Position numbers and translations under genes: made by a program. A stretch of 64,000 nt of DNA, from assembly GCA_018818885.1 (NCBI GenBank), contig JAHIRB010000007.1, positions 121,089 through 185,088 of the forward strand, given 5' to 3'. Position 1 is the stretch's first letter. Each line of letters opens with the position of its first letter. The notes beneath the pieces are model-generated. The model ran no database searches, was not told the origin of the DNA, and saw nothing but the letters and a program-made list of their open reading frames with translations. Shown here in pieces: positions 1-10,842 of the stretch. The stretch is from Patescibacteria group bacterium. Its GTDB lineage: Bacteria; Patescibacteriota; Patescibacteriia; Buchananbacterales; SURF-54.

Positions 1-1160
1 ATATCAAAAACCTTAGAACCAGGCAAAGGTACTAGAATAGCAAAATTGGCGAATGTACAATCCAACTCTCTAGCAAATTTAATTGTTTTCATAACTGTTT
101 CTTTAGTTTCCCCTAAATTCCCGATCATAAAACCGCATAAAGATGAAATTTTATATTTTTTTGTAAGTGTAATTACTTCTCTAGCTTTTTCTAATGTTGT
201 TTGTTTGCCTATCGAATCTAAAACTTTTTGATCACCAGATTCTATCCCAAACGCAATCGAATGACACCCAGCTTTTTTCATAATTTTTAATAATTCATCA
301 TCTAAACAATCTACCCTGCTATGACAAACCCAAGAAAGATTAAGCTTCTTTTCTATTAATAAATTGCATACATTGATGACGTGCTTTCGATTGATTGTAA
401 AAGCATCATCAATAAAAGAAATTTCTTTAATATCGTATTTGTCCATTATTAATTCAATTTCTGCCACTATATTTTCGGCACTCCTGTATCTCATGGTTCT
501 ACCAAATACTTTTTTACAACAAAAATTACAGTTAAATGGGCAACCCCTGCTTGTAATGACAGCTCCGGCTTTTCCTTGCACTCTTTTTCGTGTAGCAGAT
601 AAAGTGTATTCACCCATTTCCAATAATTCTCTCGCTGGGAAAGGAAGAATGTCTAAATTTTCGATTAGCTCTCTTTGTCCTGTAAAAACTATTTGATCGT
701 TTTCTTTATAATACAAGCCTTTAATTTCTTTAAATGACTTTTTATTCTTAACGGCTTCGACTAATTCTAAAGCAGTTTGTTCACCTTCTCCTACAACTAC
801 TACGTCAACATTTTCATTTTTTACTGTCTCCTCTGGTAACGTTGTTACATGGTGTCCGCCTATTACTAGTAACATGTTTTTGTTAATTTTTTTTGTTATT
901 TTGGCAATCTGAAAACCCTGATAAATATCAACGGTAGTAGCACTAATTCCCACTATATCAGGATTATAATCTCTAATGTATTCTTCGATTTCCTGAAATT
1001 CTAAGTTCTCTAATAAATTATCCAAAACTTTAACTTGGTAACCTTTTTTCATCAACAAAGCTGCAATATAACTAATCCCTAAAGGGATAGTTAAACCTCC
1101 AGCTTTAGCAAAAAGACTAAAAGCTTTTGTGTTTTTTGGTCTTATTAATAAAATTTTCAT
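1..1160 (-). CDS. B12-binding domain radical SAM protein (3' end runs off the window)
   Basis: Not in ORF track. Hand translation from ATG at 1160: MKILLIRPKN...PLGISYIAA...GGHHVT...GEGE...TSRGCPFNCNFC...FIDDAF...GIESG; open to position 1. Confidence 0.9.
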   Translation of the reverse strand, partial: MKILLIRPKNTKAFSLFAKAGGLTIPLGISYIAALLMKKGYQVKVLDNLLENLEFQEIEEYIRDYNPDIVGISATTVDIYQGFQIAKITKKINKNMLLVIGGHHVTTLPEETVKNENVDVVVVGEGEQTALELVEAVKNKKSFKEIKGLYYKENDQIVFTGQRELIENLDILPFPARELLEMGEYTLSATRKRVQGKAGAVITSRGCPFNCNFCCKKVFGRTMRYRSAENIVAEIELIMDKYDIKEISFIDDAFTINRKHVINVCNLLIEKKLNLSWVCHSRVDCLDDELLKIMKKAGCHSIAFGIESGDQKVLDSIGKQTTLEKAREVITLTKKYKISSLCGFMIGNLGETKETVMKTIKFARELDCTFANFAILVPLPGSKVFD

Positions 1161-1163
1161 AAT

Positions 1164-2582
1164 TTATCCAGCGAATTTTTTAGATAACATATTCAATGCA
1201 ATAAAAGTATATTTTTGTAATGTATAGAAATTTCGTACTTTACCAAGCATCCTAAAGATTGATTTTGGTCTAAAGTAGAATTTTCGATAGCCATATTTTA
1301 CATATTTAATTACGTCTGCTGACGAAAGTTCTGTTGTAGAAAGAAGTGGAAATGATTCAAGCTTTTCTCCACTCACCCACTTTTTCCAATAGTCTTTATC
1401 AATATGTCCATGCTCTACAGCCCATTGGAACAAATCCGTGCCTTGGCCATGCAACTGTGTTGGGCTAAACATAACATAATCTGCATCAAGCTCTATCGAA
1501 AAATTAATAGATTCCTTAACAGTTTCTTTTGTCTCTTGAGGAGATCCGATCATAAAGTAAGCAAAAGTTTCAATTTTATATTGTTTGCAGAGTTTAAAAG
1601 CTCTTTTGATTTGCTCTTTGTTGATATTTTTTTTCAAAACTTTTAGAATTTCTTCGTTGCCAGCTTCTACACCAAATCTAATACGATAGCATCCTGCTTT
1701 TTTCATAATCTTAATTAATTCTTCATCAACTAAATCTACCCTAGTTCTACATTCCCAAATGATATTCCAATCTTTTTTTGTAATCTCGTTACACAATTCA
1801 ATTGTTCGTTTTTTATCTACAGTAAAAGTATCATCATAAAAAATAATTTCTTGAATATTATACTTATTATATAAAGTATCTAGCTCATCAATTACACTTT
1901 TTACACTGCGCATTCTATAAGTACGACCAAGACGGCAATCACGTTCACAATAAATACAGTTGTATGGGCAACCGCGAGTAGTTATCATAGAAGCAAATGT
2001 TCGTTTTTTTGCTAGCACATCTTGATATTTACCTAACGACAACAAATGCCAGGCTACTTGCGGACTTTCATCTAGATTTTGAATGAATTGTCGAGGCTGG
2101 GTAACTTTTACTTCATCACCTTGACGATATACAATACCTTCAACATTTTGTGTGTCTGCATTATTTTCAATAGCTTTTGCTAAATCAACAATTGTTAGTT
2201 CACCTTCGTTAATTACTCCATAATCAAAACATTTAAACTTTAAAGTAATTTCTGGAAAAATTACTAAGTGTGGTCCACCTAATACGATTTTAATATTATC
2301 TAACTCTTCCTTAATTTTTTCTGCTGCTTCGCGTGCTTTATGAAAAGTAATTGTTGTGGTAGAAAGACCAATAAGTTCAGGATTAAATTCTTTGGCAGCT
2401 TTAATAACACCTAGAAGATCTAGGTTATCAGTTTCGGCATCAATAATTTTAACTTCATGTCCGGCTATTTCTAATGCAGAAGCTATGTAACCTAAGCCGA
2501 GAGGAGGAACTTTATTTTTTAAAACCCTCGCCAGAGACGAAACTTCTGTTCTGAATGGAGGGTATATTAGGAGTATTTTCAT
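1164..2582 (-). CDS. B12-binding domain radical SAM protein
   Basis: PPLGLGYIAS, GGPH, TRGCPYNCIYC (CxxxCxxC), FYDDTF, GVEAG. Confidence 0.92.
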   Translation of the reverse strand: MKILLIYPPFRTEVSSLARVLKNKVPPLGLGYIASALEIAGHEVKIIDAETDNLDLLGVIKAAKEFNPELIGLSTTTITFHKAREAAEKIKEELDNIKIVLGGPHLVIFPEITLKFKCFDYGVINEGELTIVDLAKAIENNADTQNVEGIVYRQGDEVKVTQPRQFIQNLDESPQVAWHLLSLGKYQDVLAKKRTFASMITTRGCPYNCIYCERDCRLGRTYRMRSVKSVIDELDTLYNKYNIQEIIFYDDTFTVDKKRTIELCNEITKKDWNIIWECRTRVDLVDEELIKIMKKAGCYRIRFGVEAGNEEILKVLKKNINKEQIKRAFKLCKQYKIETFAYFMIGSPQETKETVKESINFSIELDADYVMFSPTQLHGQGTDLFQWAVEHGHIDKDYWKKWVSGEKLESFPLLSTTELSSADVIKYVKYGYRKFYFRPKSIFRMLGKVRNFYTLQKYTFIALNMLSKKFAG

Positions 2583-3551
2583 TTAGATGAAATCAATATT
2601 TGATTCTTTCTCAGGATGTTTGATATGATATAACAATTTATTTATTTCGTGATTTTTGCAACAGACCTGGCAGTCGGTATTGACTAACTTACATTTTTTT
2701 ATTTCTTTTCTTTTCTCTCCTGACCAGATATCTAAAAAACTATCCTTATATAAATTACCTAAAATGTATCCTTTTTTTCCTAACTTGTACATGCAGACGT
2801 TGACATCACCATTGTAATCAATAACTGGGCAGAAAAAATGTCCATAACAAACATCATAGCTACGTGGCTGAACACTGTCTGCAAATTTGTATTCAGAAAG
2901 AAAAATTTTAAACTTATCATCTTCTAATTCTTTTAATTTTTCTGGCACTTCGAATTTAGGTTGTTCTTTGTACAATTTTGCCAAGGCAGGTCTGACCTGA
3001 AAATAATCCACCCCTAACTCTTTCGCCTCTTTTGCGTATTTATAAGCGTCGTCGTAGTTTTCTTTTGTGATATTCAAACATATACCAATTGGTGTTTTAG
3101 AATCTACATATTCCTTAAGTAATTTTTTATCAATGCCATCCATGTATTTCTCAGTTAAAGATATTCTTATCCATTCAAAGTATTCAGGATCAACTCTGTT
3201 CTTTTCGTAATCAAGTGCATTTGTAAATAAACCTTGGGAATAACCTAGGCTATTAGCATGTTTAGCAAATTCATTAAAATTTGGATGCAGGGTTGGTTCT
3301 CCCCCGCCAGTCCAAGATATTGCCTTAACTCCAGCAGATGAAAGTTGGGAAAGAGTTTTTAGCATCACTTCTTTATCAATTTTTTCTCCGTTCTTATTAC
3401 CAGCGTAGAAACACCATGGACACTCAGCATTACAATAATTAGTTGGTGCTATTTCAATCAACACAGGCATAGCATCTCCGCTTTTTAGCCAGGCATTAAT
3501 TTTATCCCAATGCCAGAGAAGTTTCATTTGTGGGTTAAAAATAACTTTCAT
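2583..3551 (-). CDS. Radical SAM protein with C-terminal SPASM/Twitch domain
   Basis: CNAECPWC, TGGGEPTLHP, C-terminal CYGHFFC...DYNGDVNVC...GNL...CQVCC. Confidence 0.88.
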   Translation of the reverse strand: MKVIFNPQMKLLWHWDKINAWLKSGDAMPVLIEIAPTNYCNAECPWCFYAGNKNGEKIDKEVMLKTLSQLSSAGVKAISWTGGGEPTLHPNFNEFAKHANSLGYSQGLFTNALDYEKNRVDPEYFEWIRISLTEKYMDGIDKKLLKEYVDSKTPIGICLNITKENYDDAYKYAKEAKELGVDYFQVRPALAKLYKEQPKFEVPEKLKELEDDKFKIFLSEYKFADSVQPRSYDVCYGHFFCPVIDYNGDVNVCMYKLGKKGYILGNLYKDSFLDIWSGEKRKEIKKCKLVNTDCQVCCKNHEINKLLYHIKHPEKESNIDFI

Positions 3552-4329
3552 GTATGTATTCTTTTAATGCTTTTTTATAAGGTCTTAATAATTTGCTTTT
3601 AGAAGAAGAATCGCGGCATCTTGGCGCGATATCTTTATATTTATTATCGATATAAAAATTTGGTTTTTTGCCTACTATCTTAGCAATTTCATTTGCCAGC
3701 TCCCATCTAGTGACTCTTCCTTGGTTAGTAGCCTCATATACACCATATTTCTTTTTTTTGTAGTATTCTATACAGAGTTTTACTAAGTCTTTTGAATAAG
3801 TTGGTGAACTCCACCGATTGTTTGTAACACCAATTTTCTTATTTTTATCTAATACAGACAGTATATATTCTACAAAATTTTCATGTTTTTGTCCAGTCTT
3901 ACCAAATAAAATATCTGTTTTAAAAACATAGTATTTTTTCATATCTAAGCTTTTAGGTATTTCTGAAGAAACTTTTTTTGTAAATGCATAGATGTTAGTG
4001 ATTTCTTGATCGACTGTTGAACCTATATGCATAAACTCAATCTCATGTTCAAGACAAGCCAATGCCATATAATAAGGTGCTAGTATGTTAAGATTGATTG
4101 CTTTTTGCTTATTTGTTTGACAAAAATCAATATTAGATATGCCAGTACAATTTATAACCAAATCGTACTTATTAGTAATAATTTTTGACACATCTGCTTT
4201 TTTCGTAACATCACATTTATTCTTTTTCGGTAACACCAAACTATAACCTAATTTTTTAAATTGACGGACGAATTCTGAACCTAACTTTCCCGTACTTCCA
4301 AATATTAAAATTTTTTTCTTTTTTGTCAT
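3535..4329 (-). CDS. RmlD-like NAD(P)-dependent sugar-nucleotide reductase
   Basis: GSTGKLG Rossmann motif, VINCTG, YAFTK (YxxxK), SPTY, TRWELA. Confidence 0.75.
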   Translation of the reverse strand: MTKKKKILIFGSTGKLGSEFVRQFKKLGYSLVLPKKNKCDVTKKADVSKIITNKYDLVINCTGISNIDFCQTNKQKAINLNILAPYYMALACLEHEIEFMHIGSTVDQEITNIYAFTKKVSSEIPKSLDMKKYYVFKTDILFGKTGQKHENFVEYILSVLDKNKKIGVTNNRWSSPTYSKDLVKLCIEYYKKKKYGVYEATNQGRVTRWELANEIAKIVGKKPNFYIDNKYKDIAPRCRDSSSKSKLLRPYKKALKEYIHESYF

Positions 4330-4332
4330 ATT

Positions 4333-5892
4333 TTAAATCTTTGATTCTTTAACGGTTAATACCCTTAATAAAAACTTTATGTTTTGTAATATTTTAATTG
4401 GAGAACCCAATAGATACTGCACCACTCCTAATATTGCTAAGTACCGTTCTTTAAATTTATTCATAAATGATCGCTTGCCTGGATCCCCAATTCTGACTAT
4501 GTGTTGACGAATGAGTACACGACTTAGATAGTGATCTTTATTTTTTAGTGATTCTTTGATTACATGTGGCAAAACTTTTTCGTGCGGAATGTTTTCATAT
4601 ATTGGAATATGAACCGGCGCTGAAAGTAAATAATTTCTGGAATTGTTGTAATTTTTTACCCAAGAAAAATTTAGTTGTCCTTGTTCTTTTGCTACTTGTT
4701 CTAAAGGGCTACCAGGATAAATGCGTAAAGGCGTAAGACCTCCAGCTTGGATTAAATATTTTCTAAGCTTATGATGCTGTTTGATATTTTCTGTCAGGTC
4801 ATCCAAGGTTTCCCCAGGACTTTCTATTAAAACTCCGCCTCGAACAATTATTTTATTATTATGAAGTATTTCTAAAGCCTTCCAAGTTTGTTCTACTGTG
4901 ATTTTTTTGTTCATTAGTTTTAAAGTATGATTGCTGAGATTTTCAATTCCTAATGTGATCATCCTGCCGCCACTTTCGTAAATCAACTTAGCTGTTTCAT
5001 CATCTAAAGCATCAATGCGAGCCAAGCAAGCATACCTGATCTTCTTATCTAAATTCTTTAAGCCATTGGCCAGCTCAAAAAACCATTTTTTATCTGCTAT
5101 CAAATGGTCGTCTTGAAAAACAAAATCATAAATGCCTCTATCGATATAATACTTGACGTGCCTGATGGCGTTTTCAGGACTTATATTTCTTAATGTTCTG
5201 TGCCACATGGCATCTGCGGAACAAAACGTACAATTATACGGACAACCCCTGGCAAAGATCAAATTTGCCATTGGCCTGTTTGAACGTGACTGCTTGACAA
5301 ACTCAATTGTTTCTAAATTATCAAACGCTTTATCTGTTGGTAAATACGACTTATATTGATTTATCTTTGTCATTTCGTAATCTGGCATTGGTAAGTCGTT
5401 TAGATCTTTTATTAGTTCAGCATTTTTATTTATTATGATTTCATTGTTTTGACGATACGTGATACCTTTAATATTTTTAAAAGATGAATTATTTTTTACT
5501 GCTTCTATTATTTCTGCTATTGTTATTTCTCCTTCGTGACGGACTACAATATCGACAAAATCCAGTTCTTTGATAATCTCTTTGTGCACCATGGTAGGAA
5601 AAGGTCCTCCCATAATGACTAAACTCTCTGGTAATGTTTCTTTGGCAATTTTGGCTGTATTAATACCTGCGAGTCGATCTTCTGCATTACTACTTATTCC
5701 GATAATATCTGGCTTAGTTTGCAGTAACCTAGTTTTAAAATCATCCTGAGATGGATCCTCCAAATATGCATCTTGATAAATAACTTCACAACCTTTTTGC
5801 TTGGCAATAGTTGCAATATACAAAGGCCCAATGGGTGGTAAAATATGTTTTTCTCCGTAATATCCAACCGGATTTGTAATAAAAAATTTCAT
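4333..5892 (-). CDS. B12-binding domain radical SAM protein
   Basis: PPIGPLYIA, GGPFPT, RGCPYNCTFC, FQDD, LGIE. Confidence 0.9.
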   Translation of the reverse strand: MKFFITNPVGYYGEKHILPPIGPLYIATIAKQKGCEVIYQDAYLEDPSQDDFKTRLLQTKPDIIGISSNAEDRLAGINTAKIAKETLPESLVIMGGPFPTMVHKEIIKELDFVDIVVRHEGEITIAEIIEAVKNNSSFKNIKGITYRQNNEIIINKNAELIKDLNDLPMPDYEMTKINQYKSYLPTDKAFDNLETIEFVKQSRSNRPMANLIFARGCPYNCTFCSADAMWHRTLRNISPENAIRHVKYYIDRGIYDFVFQDDHLIADKKWFFELANGLKNLDKKIRYACLARIDALDDETAKLIYESGGRMITLGIENLSNHTLKLMNKKITVEQTWKALEILHNNKIIVRGGVLIESPGETLDDLTENIKQHHKLRKYLIQAGGLTPLRIYPGSPLEQVAKEQGQLNFSWVKNYNNSRNYLLSAPVHIPIYENIPHEKVLPHVIKESLKNKDHYLSRVLIRQHIVRIGDPGKRSFMNKFKERYLAILGVVQYLLGSPIKILQNIKFLLRVLTVKESKI

Positions 5893-7106
5893 TACTTCTT
5901 GTTTATTAATTCTTGATAAGCATCTTTCATTCTTTGTGCTAATACTCTGTATTCATGATTTTTAATAATGTAATCACGAGAACTTTTGCCATATTCATTA
6001 ATTAGACTTTGGTTGTTTACAAATTTTTCTATAGCTTCTGCAAGTTCATTAACATTGCCATGTTCAACTGGAATACCAAGCTTTTTTTGTTCAAAATCGT
6101 GCGTATCATAATCTTTAGCTAATATTACGGGTTTTGACATTGACATTGCTTCTACATGAGCTTTATACAAGCCAAACTGTCCTAAAGCATCAAGCACAAA
6201 CACATCACAAATTGATAAGTAATCTAACCTTTCATCCCCTACTACTTTTCCAACAAATTCTATTTTTTTATTTTGACTAGCTAATTTTTTAAAATCTTCT
6301 ACTGTAGATTTAGCACCTTCGCCAGCAATAATTAGTTTGACGTTTTGATGTTTCTGGCATAGTTGATTGAATGCTTGAATTAAATAATGAGTTCCTTTTC
6401 TCTTGGAAACCATGCTTAAAAATAAAAAAGTTATTACATTTGGGTTTTTTCTAAATTTTGACTGGTATGTAGGATCAAATTTTTCTGAATCTACTGCCAT
6501 GGGAATTGATACAAACTTTGACTGATATCCTTTTTCTTTAAGATCTGTTTCAATTTTTGTTTCGCGCATTCCATATACATCGACACTACGTGGAAAATTT
6601 TCGTCTTTAATGAAAAGTTGGTAAAAATATTTAGAAAATTTATTAAATATTTTTTCAAAAAAACTGTATGTAGGTTTTATTGAAATTTCTTCCCATTTTT
6701 TTTGACGATCGTAATTTATGTCACCCAGAAAATTTTTATCTTCGTAATCGTACGGAAGGTCCGCAGTAGAAACAAATGGTTTAATTTTAAACTTAGAATA
6801 TGGATGAGGGCCATTTGTTGGTGCCAGATGAATAATATCAATTTTTTTAAAAAAAACTATTGGTAAAGAATAAAAAAATGTTTTAAGCATGTAGGGCTTG
6901 GTAAAATTTGGTTGTTTCTTGCAACCAGGTACAGTATAAATTTTAATATTAGGGTGTAACTTATTTTCTATAATTTCTGTAAAAGTAGAAACAACAAAAA
7001 TTTTCACACCTAATTTTGCAAGAGCATTTGAAAGACCCCAGGTTCCTTGTGATTCTCCCCCAACGTGGGTATCAGAGAAAATATGAGTTAGAAATAGTAT
7101 ATTCAC
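5892..7106 (-). CDS. GT4 family glycosyltransferase
   Basis: GGE near N-terminus, KRKGTHYLIQAF, EAMSMSKPV; GTG start. Confidence 0.85.
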   Translation of the reverse strand: MNILFLTHIFSDTHVGGESQGTWGLSNALAKLGVKIFVVSTFTEIIENKLHPNIKIYTVPGCKKQPNFTKPYMLKTFFYSLPIVFFKKIDIIHLAPTNGPHPYSKFKIKPFVSTADLPYDYEDKNFLGDINYDRQKKWEEISIKPTYSFFEKIFNKFSKYFYQLFIKDENFPRSVDVYGMRETKIETDLKEKGYQSKFVSIPMAVDSEKFDPTYQSKFRKNPNVITFLFLSMVSKRKGTHYLIQAFNQLCQKHQNVKLIIAGEGAKSTVEDFKKLASQNKKIEFVGKVVGDERLDYLSICDVFVLDALGQFGLYKAHVEAMSMSKPVILAKDYDTHDFEQKKLGIPVEHGNVNELAEAIEKFVNNQSLINEYGKSSRDYIIKNHEYRVLAQRMKDAYQELINKK

Positions 7107-7135
7107 TTGACAGTTTTAATTAATTATGTTATTAT
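7107..7135 (+). promoter_or_regulatory. Sigma70-type promoter for the inverted gene at 7198
   Basis: TTGACA 7107-7112, 17-nt spacer, TG-n-TATTAT 7130-7135. Confidence 0.55.
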
Positions 7136-7197
7136 AATTAGTCTATTTAGACAATAAATTGATATTTGACAATTAAACGAAATTGGAGGTGATTGAA

Positions 7198-7971
7198 TTG
7201 GCCGAAAAAAAGATTGTAAAAAATTCTGTGGTGATAGTAACAATCACAATGGTACGAGATCAGGAAGAATACAACAGAATGGTGTCAACTCATCGCTCAC
7301 TCTCACAGCTCGCATTAACCAATGACTGGAAAGTGGTAACCGTAAACCGACCAACCAATAGTACTTTCCAAAAAAGATTGGAATATGCATTTGAAGATTT
7401 CAATATTGAAGTCATCAAGTGCACAGAAGGTTCTGTCGGACTTCAGCTGGCCACTGCTTATGTTGAGGGCTCAAAAAGAGCTCAAGATATGGTTTTGTAT
7501 ACTGAAGGTGACAAAACCGATTTTGTTCCATTTATTGGAAAAATACTTGCTCAAGCAGCGGACCACGAACGGATATTCAACACGTCACCTGCAATGTTGG
7601 TGCCAGGCAGAATTAATATGGGTATATATTCTTGTACCCGGAAATCGCCAGAACGGATAACTAACCTCATCCAATCATTTTTGATTGGGACAAAGGGTGA
7701 TTATCAATATGGGCCGAAACTATTTGATCCAAAGATCATCTTGCCACACGAAAAAATAATTATGGATTATGTCAAGAAGCGACCTGGCTGGCAAGTAGCA
7801 ACATGGCTTCCAATTTTTTTAGCCATACGCTATCCTGGTCAAGTAATTCCCTGCCCAATCAACGTACAACCAATGAAAGGCGAAGACAAGAATTTCTTTA
7901 AAGATCTTCGATTTCGTTTCCTTACTCAATTGCGACAAGCAATTGTCGCAATGTGGGATGCGGCGCAATAA
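7198..7971 (+). CDS. Hypothetical protein, possibly divergent GT-A fold; oriented opposite to the glycan operon
   Basis: Track ORF 7183..7971. Start moved to the in-frame TTG at 7198 because GGAGGTGA lies at 7185-7192. VLYTEGDK sits where a GT2 DxD would be; DYQYGPKLF resembles the GT2 later motif. Confidence 0.6.
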   Translation: MAEKKIVKNSVVIVTITMVRDQEEYNRMVSTHRSLSQLALTNDWKVVTVNRPTNSTFQKRLEYAFEDFNIEVIKCTEGSVGLQLATAYVEGSKRAQDMVLYTEGDKTDFVPFIGKILAQAADHERIFNTSPAMLVPGRINMGIYSCTRKSPERITNLIQSFLIGTKGDYQYGPKLFDPKIILPHEKIIMDYVKKRPGWQVATWLPIFLAIRYPGQVIPCPINVQPMKGEDKNFFKDLRFRFLTQLRQAIVAMWDAAQ

Positions 7972-7974
7972 ACC

Positions 7975-8010
7975 ACGGCTTCAAGTCAGCACGACTTGGA
8001 GCCGTTTTTT
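7975..8010. terminator. Intrinsic terminator between convergent genes
   Basis: ACGGCTTCAAGTC/GACTTGGAGCCGT 13-bp stem (one G.U) followed by a T-run. Confidence 0.75.
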
Positions 8011-8012
8011 CT

Positions 8013-9341
8013 TTAATGTTCAAGTTTATTTAATTTTTTTCTCAATGCAACAAAATTAACTATCAATGAAAATAACGACCAATATACTATCAAAACTACT
8101 GTGCTTTTGAGTGCTGTTGTATATTGCAGGCTTATGACAAATAGTAAAAGTCCTGTTATTAAATTAGTTATATTGATTGTTATCACTGTTTTCATTTTAT
8201 TCATTGTTCTGTAAAGCGAACTATACCCAACTGCAAAACCAGCAAAAATTGTACCCAAACTCAAGACATAAACTAATTTAATGCTTAGTATAAACTGCTG
8301 ACCGTAAAAAACTTTTATTAGTATTGGTGCAATCATCAAAAATAATATTGTTAAAACTATAAAAGTAAGCCCAGTATACAATGCTGATTTGTAATAATTA
8401 CTCTTTAGATCATTAGCGCTTGCTGCTTTTGCTTTTGGTAATTGTATCTGAAGTAAGCGCGCAATTGGGCCTAAAAATACTTTAGGTAGTGCAAGATATG
8501 CGATGGCAATTTTCAAATTTGCAACTTGTTCTGGACTCGATAACGCTCCTAGAAATATTACAGGCAATAAACTAAAGGAATTTGCAATATTTTTATCCAC
8601 TGCAATCGAAAAACCAAACTTAAAATATTTTGAAATTTTTACATTAGGAAAATTTCTTATGATCTCTGGCAATGAGGATACTAAACTATTACGAGTTGCA
8701 AAATGATAATATATCCATAAAGAACAAAACATAAAGCCAAAAGCTGTTAAGAAATGTCCCCAAACAATACCCCACAACCCAAACCCTAGCAATACAAATG
8801 TGATAGGTGCACCATGCAAGAAAAACTTATTAACATTTTCTATTATCGTTAAATATTTAATCTTTCTAAGTACCTGGAGCATTATCATTAAAAGAGAAAG
8901 AAAGGTTCGCAGTATTGTTGCAAATATTACTAAACGAGCAAAACTTCCAATTTCTGGACGATGATATATAAGGCCGGAAAGCTGTGGTGAAAAAATTATT
9001 GCTAATATTCCTATTACTATAGCAATATACAAATTTGATTTTAAGAAATAAGTTAGAATATTTTTCATTTCATTTCGATCTCCACGTGCATAACTTTCTG
9101 AAAGTAGTGTTAAAGTAGCATATCCAACTCCCCAATCCATAAAAATACCCACTAAACCCGCAAAAGCAAAAATCAGAGCATAATTACCATAAAGCTCCGA
9201 ACCTAGAACTCTGGCATATATTACTGACGCAACTAAAGCCAGCCCAGTTCCTACAAAAGATCCTATTTGTAAAGTGAATACATCTTTTACAAATTTTAAT
9301 TTCCAGAGGTTATTAATTTTTTCTTTGATTATTTTTACCAT
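8013..9341 (-). CDS. Wzx-like polysaccharide flippase (MOP superfamily)
   Basis: Many hydrophobic segments; ARVLGSELYGNYALIF...DWGV typical of flippase N-termini; glycan-cluster context. Confidence 0.85.
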   Translation of the reverse strand: MVKIIKEKINNLWKLKFVKDVFTLQIGSFVGTGLALVASVIYARVLGSELYGNYALIFAFAGLVGIFMDWGVGYATLTLLSESYARGDRNEMKNILTYFLKSNLYIAIVIGILAIIFSPQLSGLIYHRPEIGSFARLVIFATILRTFLSLLMIMLQVLRKIKYLTIIENVNKFFLHGAPITFVLLGFGLWGIVWGHFLTAFGFMFCSLWIYYHFATRNSLVSSLPEIIRNFPNVKISKYFKFGFSIAVDKNIANSFSLLPVIFLGALSSPEQVANLKIAIAYLALPKVFLGPIARLLQIQLPKAKAASANDLKSNYYKSALYTGLTFIVLTILFLMIAPILIKVFYGQQFILSIKLVYVLSLGTIFAGFAVGYSSLYRTMNKMKTVITINITNLITGLLLFVISLQYTTALKSTVVLIVYWSLFSLIVNFVALRKKLNKLEH

Positions 9342-9342
9342 A

Positions 9343-10842
9343 TTATCCTTTGAGCCTTTTTATATAGGCAATTAATCTTGTGGGTTTTTGTATAAATAAT
9401 TTTAACATTTTTAAATATTTTTTGGGACTAAATATTCTTTTTGATAGATCGTATCTAGCAACCCGTGATTCCAATTGCTTCGAAAACCCTTTTAGATCTT
9501 GGGGAGAAAATTCTTTGGTCTTGATCAACCCCTTTCCCCTGGCTTGCGTTCCCAAAGCTAAATTCTTTGGGGTAAGCGGTTCCAATAAATAATCATTTTG
9601 TATTACGATATCATGCAACCGTGTCCCGTACAATGGAGTAGCTACCATTAAACTAGGTGTCACATTATATTTCTTATAAAGATTGAAGGCAAAATCTATT
9701 GTATTTTGTATTTTTTCTTTAGTTTCACCAGGAAAACCTATTACGTAAAATGATCTTAGCTTAATACCAATTTTTTTGCACCACTCTGCTACTTGTTTTA
9801 TGGTAGTAAGTTTTAAATTTTTATTGATAATTTTATCTAATGTTTCTTGGTCGCCAGATTCAGTCCCAATGACCAGTTCTTCGCATCCTGTGCCTTTCAT
9901 CTTCTTAAGTAATGTCTCGTTTAAAGTATCTGCTCGCACACCGTTTGGCGTATCCCAAGTAATTTTAATATGATTATTTTGAATGCCGTCAAGAATATTT
10001 TCACAACGTTGGGGATTGAAAGTAAAATTGTCATCTTCGAACGAAATATGCTTTACTTCATATTCTTTTACAACATGATCAATGTGTGAAACCGTGTATT
10101 CAGCAGAATGTTTTCGCCACATCTTTCCCATATGCAGATGTATCGAACAAAATACACAATTAAAGGGGCAACCTCTGCTGGTTATCATTGATATTGACCT
10201 TTCGAACTTTCCAGGCCTGGTAGCAAGACCTTCCTGTAAAAATGAAAAGTACCTTTGCATATCTATCAATTCATAAGCGGGAACTGGCAGATTATCAAGA
10301 TCTTCTATTGTTTTACAATCATTCTGCTTAATTTCTCCATCTCGACGGTAGATCAACCCAGCTATATTCTCAATTGGCTGGTTGTGATTTACTGAATTGA
10401 CAAAATCAAGCATTGCATACTCCCCTTCGCCTACTACTGCATAATCCAAATTTTTGTTTTCTTCTAGATATTTTCTGCCTAAAACTGCAAAATGCGGACC
10501 TCCGGCCATTATCGTTGCTTTTGGTTTTGCCTGCCTGACTAAATTGATTGCTTTAGTTGTATTTTCTATTTGCGCGGTGAATTGCGAAGTTACGCCAACA
10601 ATATCAGGATCATATTTTTTTACCTTGTCTATAAAATAATCTTGCTCTACTCCGTGAAAAGTGTGATCATCTTTTTCCAATATTTTTGTTTTTTCATCAA
10701 TTAAAGTATCGAATATTTCAACGTTAATTCCGTTCTTTTTTAAATTTGCTGCTATGTACATAATGCCTAAGGGCAGACCAAGTCTTACGCCTTTTGAGCC
10801 ACTATAATATGTTCGTGCGGGATTAATCAGTAAAACTTTCAT
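9343..10842 (-). CDS. B12-binding domain radical SAM protein
   Basis: LPLGIMYIAA, GGPHF, GEGE, TSRGCPFNCVFC, FEDDNF, GTESG. Confidence 0.92.
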   Translation of the reverse strand: MKVLLINPARTYYSGSKGVRLGLPLGIMYIAANLKKNGINVEIFDTLIDEKTKILEKDDHTFHGVEQDYFIDKVKKYDPDIVGVTSQFTAQIENTTKAINLVRQAKPKATIMAGGPHFAVLGRKYLEENKNLDYAVVGEGEYAMLDFVNSVNHNQPIENIAGLIYRRDGEIKQNDCKTIEDLDNLPVPAYELIDMQRYFSFLQEGLATRPGKFERSISMITSRGCPFNCVFCSIHLHMGKMWRKHSAEYTVSHIDHVVKEYEVKHISFEDDNFTFNPQRCENILDGIQNNHIKITWDTPNGVRADTLNETLLKKMKGTGCEELVIGTESGDQETLDKIINKNLKLTTIKQVAEWCKKIGIKLRSFYVIGFPGETKEKIQNTIDFAFNLYKKYNVTPSLMVATPLYGTRLHDIVIQNDYLLEPLTPKNLALGTQARGKGLIKTKEFSPQDLKGFSKQLESRVARYDLSKRIFSPKKYLKMLKLFIQKPTRLIAYIKRLKG

